Origin: Octopus vulgaris
Lineage: Eukaryota
NCBI GenBank assembly: GCA_951406725.2
Contig: OX597835.1
Span: 31,868,001 to 31,932,000 of the forward strand
Reading direction: 5' to 3'
DNA length: 64,000 nt
Both the position numbers and the translations under genes were made by a program. Positions 39,613 to 52,228 of the stretch are shown here, piece by piece. The notes below the pieces were generated by a model, which saw only the letters and a program-made list of their open reading frames with translations, did no database searches and was not told the DNA's origin. Each line of letters opens with the position of its first letter. The stretch's first letter is position 1.

Positions 39613-39755
39613 TTCAGCCATCAGAGTTTTTCAGGTAGGGGTTCAGGCCTATGAAAATAGGTTCAGGCCTATTGTAGCAAGTAAGGTTTATCCGTGGGAA
39701 GAAAAGCCTACGAAAAAGACCACGGTAACCTTGGTCAATATTGTTATATGTTACC

Positions 39756-39831
<76 letters not shown>

Positions 39832-40456
39832 TAGATATATAAGATATATATCGTCTACACACTTTCTGTCAATACAGAATAGAAAACTTTGCTCAAGGTT
39901 CTATGTAGTAGAACTAAATCCGACACCGCGTCATTGCAAAGCGATCCTTCTAAACAGAGAACCACGCCTATATGGAGTCCATTTTACCAGGATTATAAAT
40001 TACGTCATAGGCTCTCATTTTTCTTAACTTCATTGTCGCCATCTTTGTGTGTGGAAATAATAGAAATTTATAGCTTTAAGTTCCATAAAGACATTAGGCG
40101 AAAGTTGAAACAAAATTTTGACTATATAACGTAATAAAACCAATTATTGTGGTACTGATTACCCATCAGTAAGTATTCTCTTGTAGTTCATAAAATTTCT
40201 TTGAACTAATACACCCAAATAAACATTAATGTGTATATATACTTAACTACGTGTATAAGCACACAGAAGCAATCACACACACACACAGACACATATAGTG
40301 AAATGTGTGTATACTTCTATCTATATGTATGCATATATATATACATATATATATATATACACACAGACCCACACACACCCACACTTATAAGTAGATAGAT
40401 ACTAAATAGATTAAAATGTTTATATCCAGGATAATTTTCTCAGTGCAGTTTCTTGT

Positions 40457-40524
<68 letters not shown>

Positions 40525-41499
40525 GTTATAATCGTTTTAAAATACGCACCTAACCCACACACAAACACACGCATACTCATACATACAACAAAACACATTT
40601 GTACACGTGTGTGGGTGTGTGAGTACGTGTGAAGATGGAGAGTTATATTCCATTTCCATAAAAGATAGAAAATATAAGAGAATAATTTAAACAAGGAAAC
40701 CTTCCATACCTTCATGTGGTTTTTTTGTATAAAAATTTTAGACCATAAAAAGCTGCCGTTTTTGTCATAAAACTGTTGTGGGAAACATAATTACTATAAA
40801 AAAATCTTTAATACATGGCTCTGCTACAATGTTTCTGTTCGATAATGTTGTGATACTTCTATTTGTTTGTCTTTGTCATCAAATCCGTCTTAAAAAGCTT
40901 TTCTTTCACCACTGAACAATACAGACCATTGAAAAATTTTTTAAAAAAATGAATTTAAATGATTTCGGCACCAATCCAAACATTTAAAATTTTCTCAAAC
41001 AATTATGGTATATTTCTTACAATTTATTGCGTAGAAGATATAAAAATGAAATGTCTGAAAGGATTTTTAATATAATGTGTACTGTAATCAAGTTTTATTC
41101 ATCTTAATCTTTATATTCATAAAACTGATTCTTGATATTATATTTGTCTTCACGTCTATCGTTCTGTCGCCTGTTTTCCTAGCGATGTATCTCTTTACAC
41201 ACACCTGCACAAAGCACATACATAGAAACGCACATACACACACGTAGGTTCAGACTGAGTTCGTGTCGCTGAAGGAATTCGCTTTGCAATCATTCAGATC
41301 CTTGTACGATCCGGCTTCATGGTACTTTGAGGGAAAATCCTTGATCATAGACTCGCATCAGACAAATGTTCTCCTTGCGAAGCAGTGTAAATGGAAACAG
41401 TATACGAACTAATCAGAGGTAAGGAACTGCCTCATTCTTGTCACACTATGTAACCCCGATACTACTTTCTGAATTTCACTAATAGTAAACATTTTCCTG

Positions 41500-41792
41500 T
41501 CAGCCTCGGACCGACTAAAGCCTTGTGAGTGGATTTGATAGACGGAAACTGAAAGAAGCCCGTCATATATATGTATATGTGTGTGTTTGTGTGTCTGTGT
41601 TTGTCCCCCAACATCACTTGACAACCGTTGCTGGTGTGTTTACGTCCCCGTAACTTAGCGGTTCGGCAAAAGACCGACAGAATAAGTACTAGGCTTATAA
41701 AGAATAAGTCCTGGGGTCGAGTAGCCCGACTAAAGGCAGTGTTCCAGCATGGCAGCAGTCAGATGCCTCAAACAAGTAAAAGAGTAAAAGAG
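41500..41792 (+). mobile_element. SINE S1 (5'-truncated)
   Basis: aaagccttgtgagtggatttg.tagacggaaactgaaagaagcccgtc...aaacaagtaaaagagtaaaagag. Confidence 0.85.
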
Positions 41793-41810
41793 TATATATA
41801 TATATATATA

Positions 41811-43314
41811 CTAGCAGAATTGCCCGGCGTTGCTCGGGGCTGAATTGCTTGAAAGTACTGTTAATGATTGCACTGAATTATGATGATTATTCAGGCAAAT
41901 ATTGAAATAAGCTTACGGTGGGAGATAAGGACTTAACGCCAAACGTGTGCCATTGCATTGTTTTGGGGGAACCAAATTTCTGATGAGCATTATAGGGGCA
42001 CTAACTTTAAGTTTGAGAAAGTGTGGTGGTAGTCCGGGGTGCTCAAAGGAATTGAGTACCTCTATTGGATAGTTGATGACGTCCTCTGGGTCAGGAGTTG
42101 TATCGATAGACTGATATACATCGACTTCCCCAGGAATGAGTTTTAGCATTTCATCATTAATATGGTGAACAGTTTTATTCCTCGGGGCCAGTATAGCCTT
42201 TTTTGCCAATCCAATCCATATTCTGATAATTAGCTTGTAAATCTGGGAACACTGCATCTCTGAGATGAGAAAGCGTCTTAACAATGGTACAAATGGAATC
42301 GATGGCAATATTACCATTTTCATCCCCTGGTATTTTGCCTTCGCCATGTGCAAGGAGAGTGTGAGGAAATGCTGGTGATGTGATATTACGTCGCATATGA
42401 GCACGCATATTGGTGTGAAGTTTGAGAGTTACTTCCGTTTATTTTAAAAAATATGCATTAAAATGGAAAAAAATGATGGTAAATTATTTGTAAAATCATA
42501 GACTCATCGTAGACGCGCGCTAATACCCAGAAGGACTCGATATGAATCACGACTATAAGATACCCGGTTTTGGTTAAACTGCATCGCAAAATGTGGGAGT
42601 AGTTAGGAATCTAAATCGGAGTAGACAGACACACAACCTTTCTTTTATATATAAATACATACATACACACACACATACATACACACACACACACACACAC
42701 ATACATGCATACATACATATACACATAAACCGAGTAAAAAATTTCAGTTATCTCTCTCTTTCACACATTACTCTCTCTGTCTCTTCACACACACTAACAG
42801 AAGCACTTCACTTACACAACATACTGTCTGTCTCCCACACTTCATCAAACACACACACACACACACACATGTACATCAATGAGTCCCATGCACGGTAAAT
42901 TGAAAGGAACTTCCCTCGTCATACAATCGCTTTCTCTTAGTCTCTTTCGCTCTCATTACTTATGTAAAAAAATAAAAGTTGTTTCTATGTGTGTAAAGAG
43001 GAAGTGGGAAGCAGAGTGAAAGAATCACTCACTACAGTAAGTCAATTACTTTCATTTTATTCCTTGCCCACTGTGTGTGTGCGTTTGCGTGTGGTGTAAA
43101 CCAGACTAAGAAAAGCATTTGACACACACCAGAATGTGAGTTTTCTGTAAATTTTGCTTAATTGGAGTTTAAATTTTAAAAACTGGACCTGGCATGACGC
43201 GATGCATTGTACTCTTAAAACTGCTAGGTAAATTGTAATTGAAGAAATCCTATATTGTAGATTTGTATAACTCCCAAAGGGAGGCAGATAAAATCTGCCT
43301 TTTATAATAAGAGA
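41811..43314 (-). mobile_element. Non-autonomous Helitron with intact termini
   Basis: Minus strand starts A|TCTCTTATTATAAAAG (43314) and ends cccgagcaacgccgggcaattctgCTAG|T (41811): AT target, TC...CTAG ends, GC-rich 3' subterminal hairpin. Confidence 0.88.
41925..42420 (-). pseudogene. Helitron RepHel PIF1-type helicase fragment (frameshifted)
   Basis: LRDAVFPDL..NYQNMDW / KAILAPRNKTVHHINDEML..IPGE...Y.SID.......NYPIEVLNS....GLPPH.LKLKV.APIMLIRNL.PPK.CNGTRL. Confidence 0.9.
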
Positions 43315-44038
43315 TATAAAAACTATTTAAAAACTATTAGCCAAATATGTATAATAACGGTGCTTATTAATATTAATATATACACTGGTATATATTTTGT
43401 TTCATTTTGTTCTGTTTACCTTGCATTATTGTACCAATGAGTATTATATTATATAAGTGTAGCATTATGAAGTTTATGTATAAGTTTTTATATTTTACAT
43501 TTTTATATTTTTATATTTATATGTATATGGTTAAATAATCTTTTTCACAATTATAACAAATTTAATTCTCTGAAGAGGTCGTGGGGCATCCTTGTTAATG
43601 CCTCATTTATACCTGCCTTTATGGCTTATAGGTTAAATGAGGTATGACTGCCCTCACTGCCGAAACAGCTGTCAGATTTGATTTAATTACATATTATATT
43701 TGAAATTTTATACTTATATCTCTTTGTCTATTTACTTTTACTGTATATTTTGTATAATGCCTTTACTGATATGTAATGGTGTAATAAAGTATTGATTGGG
43801 TATCATCTGATAGTTGATGTTTTATTGATTTAAGTATGTTTCTCCATTTTCTAATTTTGTAGTATTAATTTACGGTAATATTATTACCTTTACCCATATA
43901 ATACAATAGATGAACTGATTGTTTGGCAATTTTTAACATCTATGTATTAGTCTTGTTGGGTACCAATCTAGCAGTATATTGGATATATATTATCCCATGG
44001 TGGGTTGAATTTTCAACCCCTATCTCATTTTATAACCT
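43315..44038 (+). mobile_element. AT-rich HHR-containing element (probable PLE 3' UTR/pLTR) ending at (TA)n
   Basis: Contains the 43564-43679 HHR; terminal hairpin gggttgaa tt ttcaaccc shortly before (TA)n. Confidence 0.55.
43564..43679 (+). ncRNA. Type I hammerhead ribozyme with ~85 nt structured stem II
   Basis: aattct-CTGAAGA(43570-43576)-gg..gtggggca..atgcctcattta..acct..aggt..taaatgaggtat..tgccctcac..cc-GAAA(43662-43665)-cagctg-TC-agattt: canonical core, G10.1-C11.1, palindromic stem III, GUC. Confidence 0.8.
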
Positions 44039-44062
44039 ATATATATATATATATATATATAT

Positions 44063-44432
44063 AGGAGTGGCTGTGTGGTAAGTAGCTTGTTTACCAACCA
44101 CATGGTTCCGGGTTCAGTCCCACTGCGTGGCACCTTGGGCAGGTGTCTTCTGCTATAGCCTCGGGCCGACCAAAGCCTTGTGAGTGGATTTGGTAGACGG
44201 AAACTGAAAGAAGCCTGTCGTTTATATGTATATATATGTATATATGCGTGTGTGTATTTGTGTGTATTTGTGTGTCTGTGTTTGTCCCCCTAGCATTGCT
44301 TGACAACCGATGCTGGTGTGTTTATGTCCCCGTTACTTAGCGGTTCGGCAAAAGAGACCGATAGAATAAGTACTGGGCTTACAAAAGAATAAGTCCCGGG
44401 GTCGAGTAGCTCGATTAAAGGCGGTGCTCCAG
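44063..44432 (+). mobile_element. SINE S1, 3' tail cut by the next element
   Basis: Full head and body; stops at ggcggtgctccag where the direct-repeat element begins. Confidence 0.88.
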
Positions 44433-45062
44433 TTTTTTAGCTGCTATTTCTAATGAGTTCAGTATGCGGCAAAGTAATTTATTTTACTAAGCCCTTTTAT
44501 ATAATGTAATAATTTGAATTCGCCTTAAATGGTCCCTTTGCATACTGAACACTTGGTGAAATTGATTAATAATTAATTAATTTTACCCTCAATTGTTGAA
44601 ATTATAATTAATCTCCATCTAATTAATGCTTCGGATTTTACCGAAATAAGCATAGTGTTTGCTGATTTTAACCCACGCTGGTGGAAAGGGGAGAACAGAA
44701 ATTCTTCGCTTGCATATTTGAGTTTGTTGGCACTGTTAGTTACGAGCAGATCTTCGAAAGCGATGAGAAGCCGAAAGGGTATGCTCTCACTTTCAGTGTT
44801 TTCAAATCCAAACCAAGGAGTTTCTGAGCTGATGATAGAAGTGTCGTGTTGACTAATCTTGAAACGTACGTTCTCAAATAACCTTTGCATTTGATTTTTT
44901 GATGTCTTTACCCCCAAACTTTCGTGAGTTGAGTTGAGCAAACACTATATGAGAGAGGTTTTCTTTAAGTATTAGAAATAGCTTTAAAAAAGTTTTTAGC
45001 TGCTATTTCTAATGAGTTCAGTATGCGGCAAAGTAATTTATTTTACTAAGCCCTTTTATATA

Positions 45063-45067
<5 letters not shown>
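44431..45067 (+). mobile_element. Retrozyme-like / non-autonomous PLE-type unit: ~560 bp monomer with ~77 bp terminal direct repeats and an internal HHR
   Basis: agttttt(t)agctgctatttctaatgagttcagtatgcggc...cccttttatataatgta at 44431-44508 and 44991-45067; HHR at 44825-44876; ends in (TA)n. Confidence 0.7.
44825..44876 (+). ncRNA. Minimal type I hammerhead ribozyme
   Basis: tgag-CTGATGA(44829-44835)-t aga..gtcg tgt tgac..tct t-GAAA(44861-44864)-cgtacg-TT-ctca: palindromic stem III, GUU site; U.U at the base of stem II. Confidence 0.7.
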
Positions 45068-45119
<52 letters not shown>

Positions 45120-45213
45120 GGAGTAAACACATAAATGTGAAACAAGGTGGAAAAAAGAGTACTCAAATACCAGTGGTAGAGTAATATGCTTTATTTTAAG
45201 CAGCAGAAAATTC

Positions 45214-45267
45214 AACAAAATCTGTTACTCTGAGTTTCTCGTTGCCGTTCATCAGACAGTTTTTGCT
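45214..45267 (-). ncRNA. Minimal type I hammerhead ribozyme (left inverted arm)
   Basis: Reverse complement of 48213-48266. Confidence 0.72.
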
Positions 45268-46072
45268 AGAATGGAACTGATATATCAATTCAATCTATAC
45301 TCTTACAAACGCTACACCTTTAAAAAGAAATGGACTTGTTTGATTGGCCCTTTAGAAAAAACGGTCAATCTTCGAGCGATAAACAAAAAGGTCAAAAATA
45401 TATGTATATATGTATAAAAAAATTATAAAAATTATAAAATCCGAGGAAAAAACCTATTGACGTTAATGAAGACATTGCAAATTAATGCATAGAAATTAAA
45501 CCTGTTATAAATACTGCAATACATATTTATATTAAAATCTACATATATATATCAACATACACAAAAGGATGCGCGTAAACGCCATACATACATATACAGA
45601 CGTATGAATATAAATCTAAATATACACATAAAAGCATGTGTACATATATTCACGCAAACCGTCTCGCACGCAAGCTAAAATTCATCTATGTAGCAATTCT
45701 CATATACTGGGCAAGGAGGGGGAACGAAAGAAAGGGAGAGAGAGAGAGAGAAAAAGGAACGAAGTAGGGGTGGGGAAAAAAACGAAATATGAAAAAAATT
45801 ATGTATACAAGTAGTGAACGATGTTATTGGCATCTATAGAGACCAGTATACATACACAAGTTTGAATGGATACATATACATACCGTCGTGTATATGTGTG
45901 CTTAAGCACAAACATACTTTCACTTACACATACACAGATACGCATGCTTACAAATACATATGCTTTGCTATACACATACTTATATAAACATTCTAATTTT
46001 GACAACATTGCTTTTTTTAAGGGAATTAATAAAAATATATACGAAAGACATATAAAATAAAATATATACAGC

Positions 46073-47137
46073 CATGAATCAGATAGACTTAGGAAGGACC
46101 TTATAGCTTTCTTTCAAAGGATGGGCTTACGGGTTACGATAGATGCTAACCTGAATAGTGTAGATTTTTTAGACGTAAATTTTAATGTAAGATCGGATAG
46201 ATTTAAACCTTTCCGTAAGCCCAATGAAAAGCTATCGTATATTAGCAAAGATTCGAACCATCCACCAGTTATCCTTAGGAACTTAGTCAGCAATGTAGGT
46301 AGAAGAATATCTTCAATTTCTTCGGACGAGGCAGCATTCCATAATGCTGCACCGTATTACGATAGCGCATTAAAGAATAGTGGATTATCTGAGAAGATCC
46401 AGTTCAACCAGCTTAATGCTGATAATAATGCTGCACGAAGAACTAGGACCAGGAAAGTTTTGTGGTTCAACCCGGCTTTCAATTTGGCCGTAAAGACTAA
46501 TATAGGTAAGGAATTTTTGAGATTAGTCTCTAAGCATTTTAAGCAGGGTCATAAATTCTACAGAATATTTAATAGAAGAACCCTGAAGGTTAGCTATTCT
46601 TGTTGCAGAAATTTCGCCTCTTACATTAGCCAACATAATAGGAAGCTAATTGAGATTAGACATGGTGCCGAGCCCATTAAGAAATGTAATTTCAAAAACG
46701 AAAGCTCCTGTCCGTTAGAAGGGAAATGTCTAGTGAAAGGAGTAGTTTATAGAGCCAAGGTGCAAGTGGAAGGCTCATCGGAATACAAGACATACACAGG
46801 GGCTTCAGAAAATTCATTTAAAACAAGATTTTATTCTCATAAAAATTCATTTAAATACCCAGAGAATAGGAAGAAAAACAGCCTAGCAAAATATGTCTGG
46901 GAACTAAAAGCAAAGGAAGCCCCACCTTTCAACGTGACATGGAGCATTCTGGACAGGGCGGCACCATACAGGCATGGAGCTTACAAAAATAATTTCAAGT
47001 GCAGGCTTTGTCTATTAGAGAAAATGTACATCTTATTCAAAGACAATAATTCTTTGAATCAAAGAAGTGAGTTAATGAACTTATGTAGACACGCGGCTAA
47101 ATTTAAAATGTCGAATATAAATATACCATATGGATAG
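46073..47137 (+). CDS. PLE polyprotein C-terminal half: end of RT, thumb, Cys linker, GIY-YIG endonuclease (open frame, 5'-truncated)
   Basis: Frame extends upstream of ATG 46121 (HESDRLRKDLIAFFQRMGLRVTIDANLNSVDFLDVNF); YISKDSNHPP, RKVLWFNPAF, CN(F)KNESSCPLEGKC, GVVYRAKV, YTGASENSFKTRFYSH, CRLCLLEK, LNQRSELMNLCRH. Confidence 0.9.
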   Translation, partial: HESDRLRKDLIAFFQRMGLRVTIDANLNSVDFLDVNFNVRSDRFKPFRKPNEKLSYISKDSNHPPVILRNLVSNVGRRISSISSDEAAFHNAAPYYDSALKNSGLSEKIQFNQLNADNNAARRTRTRKVLWFNPAFNLAVKTNIGKEFLRLVSKHFKQGHKFYRIFNRRTLKVSYSCCRNFASYISQHNRKLIEIRHGAEPIKKCNFKNESSCPLEGKCLVKGVVYRAKVQVEGSSEYKTYTGASENSFKTRFYSHKNSFKYPENRKKNSLAKYVWELKAKEAPPFNVTWSILDRAAPYRHGAYKNNFKCRLCLLEKMYILFKDNNSLNQRSELMNLCRHAAKFKMSNINIPYG

Positions 47138-48212
47138 AGTATATATTTTGTATTTTTGATTTTTGATTTTGATTTTGACTCTTGAGCGCTACGATGTATT
47201 TTGATTTTGATTTTGTTTTTGATTTTGTTTTTGTTTCCAAGCTATGCGGATCTTAATCCGTATAGCAAAGTCTTATGTTTCTACATATATATTAGGAAAA
47301 ACCTACAAACTTTGTTTTCATGTTATTGTATTGCATAGGATTACCTTGATTATTTATATTACCTTGATTACTTATAAATGACCCAAAATAGGATGTTATA
47401 TTTTATTTTATATGTCTTTCGTATATATTTTTATTAATGCACCCATTTTTAAAAGCAATGTTTTTTAAAAAAAGCAATGTTGTCAAAATTAGAATGTTTA
47501 TATAAGTATGTGTATAGCAAAGCATATGTATTTGTAAGCATGCGTATCTGTGTATGTGTAAGTGAAAGTATGTTTGTGCTTAAGCACACATATACACGAC
47601 GGTATGTATATGTATCCATTCAAACTTGTGTATGTATACTGGTCTCTATAGATGCCAATAACATCGTTACACTACTTGTATACATAATTTTTTTCTTATT
47701 TCGTTTTTTTCCCCACCCCTCCTTCGTTCCTTTTTCTCTCTCTCCCTTTCTTTCGTTCCCCCTCCTTGCCCAGTATATGAGAATTGCTACATAGATGAAT
47801 TTTAGCTTGCGTGCGAGACGGTTTGCGTGAATATATGTACACATGCTTTTATGTGTATATTTAGATTTATATTCATACGTCTGTATATGTATGTATGGCG
47901 TTTACGCGCATCCTTTTGTGTATGTTGATATATATATGTAGATTTTAATATAAATATGTATTGCAGTATTTATAACAGGTTTAATTTCTATGCATTAATT
48001 TGCACTGTCTTCATTAACGCCAATAGGTTTTTTCCTCGGATTTTATAATTTTTATAAGTTTTTTATATATATATACATATATTTTTGACCTTTTTGTTTA
48101 TCGCTCGAAGATTGACCGTTTTTTCTAAAGGGCCAATCAAACAAGTCCATTTCTTTTTAAAGGTGTAGCGTTTGTAAGAGTATAGATTGAATTGATATAT
48201 CAGTTCCATTCT

Positions 48213-48266
48213 AGCAAAAACTGTCTGATGAACGGCAACGAGAAACTCAGAGTAACAGATTTTGTT
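48213..48266 (+). ncRNA. Minimal type I hammerhead ribozyme in the PLE 3' UTR
   Basis: agcaaaaactgt-CTGATGA(48225-48231)-a cg GCAA cg a-GAAA-ctc a gag-TA-acagattttgtt: ~11 bp stem I, GNRA-capped stem II with an A.A base, GUA site (cleavage after 48254). Confidence 0.75.
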
Positions 48267-48359
48267 GATTTTTCTGCTGCTTAAAATAAAGCATATTACT
48301 CTACCACTGGTATTTGAGTACTCTTTTTCCACCTTGTTTCACATTTATGTGTTTACTCC

Positions 48360-48459
<100 letters not shown>

Positions 48460-48962
48460 ATATATAATTATATGGAATAATGAATAGTAATTCCTGAAAA
48501 TTTTTCCAATTTAATAATTAGATGTTTATATTTAGAATATCTGAATGCTTTTAGAGAACCATGAAATATATAATTTATTATACAAAAAAAATCTTTTCTT
48601 TGAAACATTTGATACTTTATATGGTGTGAAATTCTGCATAAGTGGTACTGAATGTACAGTCTTATCAGATAACGTTTCCGAAAGATTTTTGCATAGACTA
48701 GTCTCCCTTTCTGCCTTGAGAATTGTCATCTGATATCTCTTTACGTCAAGTTGGAAATTTTCTTAAGTATGGAACAACATCTAATACGGAGACTGTTTAT
48801 AATATTATTCTGCTACTCCAATAATTATATCCGTATTTGAATATCATTGCAAAAGTTCATATAGTTACACTTGAAACCCCCCCCCCCCGACAGTCCTAAT
48901 GACTAAATTACTGAGCGGTGAAGTTTCAAAATGCAACGGTAATATAGTACAGGCATAGATGT

Positions 48963-49210
48963 GGAGGTGCGTGGCCTTAGCAGTTGAGAAGTTGATCTCG
49001 TGATCATAAGATTGTGATTTCGGTTCCTGGACCATGCGATGCGTTGTGTTCTTGAGCCAAGTCCTTCATTTCACGTTGCACCAGTCCACCCAGCAGGCAA
49101 AATTGAGTTAATTTACAATGGACCGGCGTCCCGTCCAGATGGAGAATACATATAACATGAAAACTAGTAAACTGGCCCTTATTAGTTGGCATGACTCGAG
49201 AACGAAACTT
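48963..49210 (+). mobile_element. SINE S4 (diverged)
   Basis: gttgtgttcttgagc.aag..c.ttcatttcacgttgc.ccagtccac.cagc...atggac.ggcgtcccgtccag. Confidence 0.7.
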
Positions 49211-49668
49211 TACGTTTCTTCTACAGATATAGGTATTTAGGTAGCTTAAATGGTTCTCTTCAAAACCTTACGGGTTCTGGTTTGGTCCCACAACATTGTT
49301 CCTTAATAAAGAGGTTTTCACTTTGGTCACGAATTGCTTAACGCCTTCAGCGAAATCTCATTAACCAAATAGGATGGAGACCCCGATCATATCTTTTAAT
49401 TATGTTAGTCATTAGACTGCGGCCATCCTGGGGTATCACCTAGTATAATATTTCGTCGCATGAATCGATCCCGGTTCTTATTGTATTTGTTTCTTTCGCG
49501 AACTGCTAAATTATGGTGACATAAACACACCAGCACCGGTTGTGAAGTGGCAATGAAAGGCAAACATACACAAAGACACACATTCAAACATTGACACATG
49601 CATGCATACGTATATCTATCTATCTATCACTCAATCAATCTCTCTCTCTCTCTCTCTTTCGATATATA

Positions 49669-49776
<108 letters not shown>

Positions 49777-49781
49777 GATAA

Positions 49782-49836
<55 letters not shown>

Positions 49837-50034
49837 TAGATATAGATATATATAGATATACCACGCGCTTGCCCAAGGTGCTTCACAGTGTGGTGGCAAA
49901 CCATGCTGTACCCTTTCACCACAACTTTCTCTCACTCTTTCTTCCTATTTCTGTTTACACTTGTATTCTTAAGAGCCAGGCTTAACACACTATGTGTCAC
50001 GCTGAATATCCCCGAGAACTGACGGTGTGCCACA

Positions 50035-50065
<31 letters not shown>

Positions 50066-50087
50066 TACATACATATATATATATATA

Positions 50088-50183
<96 letters not shown>

Positions 50184-50869
50184 TACACACACACATAAAA
50201 TCTAAGCAAGCATTCTATAAAGTTGCTGCTTATTGCTTTCTCTACCGCCCACCCTTGCCTATGGAATGATAATTTCGTAAGTAAAATTTTGTTCTCGTAT
50301 TTAGTGAGTGTTCGAAATTCGGTTTTGAATCCTCTTAAATGTAATCCATTTAGAAATGTCTTAATACAATTACAAATTAAGCCGGCGAGCTGATAGAGTC
50401 TTTAATACACTGGGCAAAAAAGTTTAGTGCCTTTTTATTTTTCTTTACTTTCTGCGTTCAATTTCCGTCGATGTCGATTTTTGCCTGTCATTCTTTTGTG
50501 GTCGATAAATAAGTAGTAGCTGAATGTTAGCGTCGACGTTCTCAACTTATCTCCTTCCCTGAATTTATTGACCTTGTATCAAGATTTGAAATCAATAAAG
50601 TTAGCGATTATATTTTTGTTTTGTTACACAGTGTAACACGATTTTTGTCCTTGGGTACCAACTGTTTACTCCTAGGAAGTATGAAAGATGGCTAATACTT
50701 CTTTCAGACTTTACTTTTGTTACATTTATTTAAACCCTCCAAAACATCCAACTCAACACACAATTCCTGCTCATAATCAGAGATGCTCAAGTGGTTATGG
50801 TTGAGCAAGTGACAAGCAAATCTGTGATATTGAGCAGAATATTTGCTATAACAATATTTCTCTTTCAGT

Positions 50870-51450
50870 AAGGCGGTAAGCTGGCAGAAACGTTAGCACG
50901 CCGGGCGAAATGCGTAGCGGTATTTCATCTGCCTTTGCGTTCTGGGTTCAAATTCCGCTGTGGTCGACTTTGCCTTTCATCCTTTCGGGGTCGATAAATT
51001 AAGTACCAGTTACACACTCGGGGCGATATAATCGACTTAATCCGTTTGTCTGTCCTTGTTTATCCTCTCTGTGTGTAGCCCCTTGTGGGTAGTAAAGAAA
51101 TATGTTATTTTGTCTGCAGCTACGTTCTGAGTTCAAATTCCGGCGAGGACGACTTTGCTTTTCATCCTTTCGGGGTCGATTAAATAGTTACCAGTTACGC
51201 ACTGGGGTCGATATAATCCACTTAATCCGTTTGTCTGTCCTTGTTTGTCCTCTCTGTGTTTGGCCCCTTGTGGGTAGTAAAGAAATAGGTATTTCGTCTG
51301 CCGTTACGTTCTTAGTTTTCCGCCGAGGTCGACTTTCTTTTTCATCCTTTCAGGGTCGATTAAATAAGTACCGGTCGCGCACTGGGGTCGATCTAATCGA
51401 CTGACCCCTTCCTCAAACGTTTCGGTCCTTGTACCTAGAAGAGAAAAGAA
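50870..51450 (+). mobile_element. Tandem trimer of SINE S2 (one full head, two head-less units)
   Basis: Meta-like domain repeated three times; units 2 and 3 restart at (t)attt.gtctg right after gtaaagaaata. Confidence 0.85.
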
Positions 51451-51659
51451 TATTTCTGTTTCAGTAAGTCAGTGCTAAATCTGCCTGAAATGTAATGGGA
51501 AATAGGTCAGTTTCAAAACATTGGTGCCTTTGTCACAGAAGCGAAGTTTGAAGGGAATAACAGTAATTTCCTTTGATTTCTGGATAGAAACAATAGGAAA
51601 TAATTAATAACTCAGCCGCTTGGACTACTGCTCCCAACTATGGTCACCACACAATATAA

Positions 51660-52228
51660 AACTAACAGCAGAACTCGTAGCAATTCAAAGAAGCTACACA
51701 AAGAAGATCGTCTCAATGCAACATATCAGCTACTGGGAAAGACTGAAAGTATTAAACTCTTCTCCCTAGAGCGAAGGCGGGAGAGATATGCGGTGATATA
51801 CATCTGGAAAATCCTGGAGGGTCTTGTCCCAAACTTTGGCATTCAAAGTTACCCCAACCGCAGAACGGGGCGCCACTGCATGGTACCAAAGATCCCAGCA
51901 TCACCATAAAATACAGGACCATATACTGCAACAGCTTGGGTTTCAGAGGATCACAGATCTTTAACATCCTCCCTAAATGCCTGAGAGACTTGCATGGTGT
52001 GGATGTGGGTTTCTTTAAAACTAAACTGGATCTCTTCTTGTCGGGGGTCCCAGATGAACCCACCTCACGACAGGAGACACAGATGCGGGCAGCGGCATCG
52101 AACTCCCTTGTTGACCAAGTGCCACGTATCAGAGGTGGATTCACATATTAGTGTAGCTCATTCAGCGGTGGTGCCCCAGCAAGGCCGCGGCCTTCGGGCT
52201 AAAACATTTTTAAGGATTTAAGGATTTA
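51660..52228 (+). mobile_element. 3' fragment of CR1-group LINE family L-A
   Basis: KLFSLERRRERYAVIYIWKILEGLVPNFGI..Y.N.RTGRHC.VPKIP / GFRGSQIFNILPKCLRDLHGVDV..FKTKLDLFLSGVPDEPT...RAAASNSL; tail gccccagcaaggccgcggccttcgggctaaaac plus (taaggatt)n. Confidence 0.9.

Noticed and set aside
44573-44941. 122 aa minus-strand ORF inside the direct-repeat element
   Set aside because: No recognisable domain, non-ATG start, antisense to the HHR; probably incidental.
46121-47137. Selenocysteine recoding as reported for some Naiad elements
   Set aside because: No in-frame TGA in either PLE ORF fragment and no SECIS recognisable by eye; the missing 5' halves cannot be assessed.
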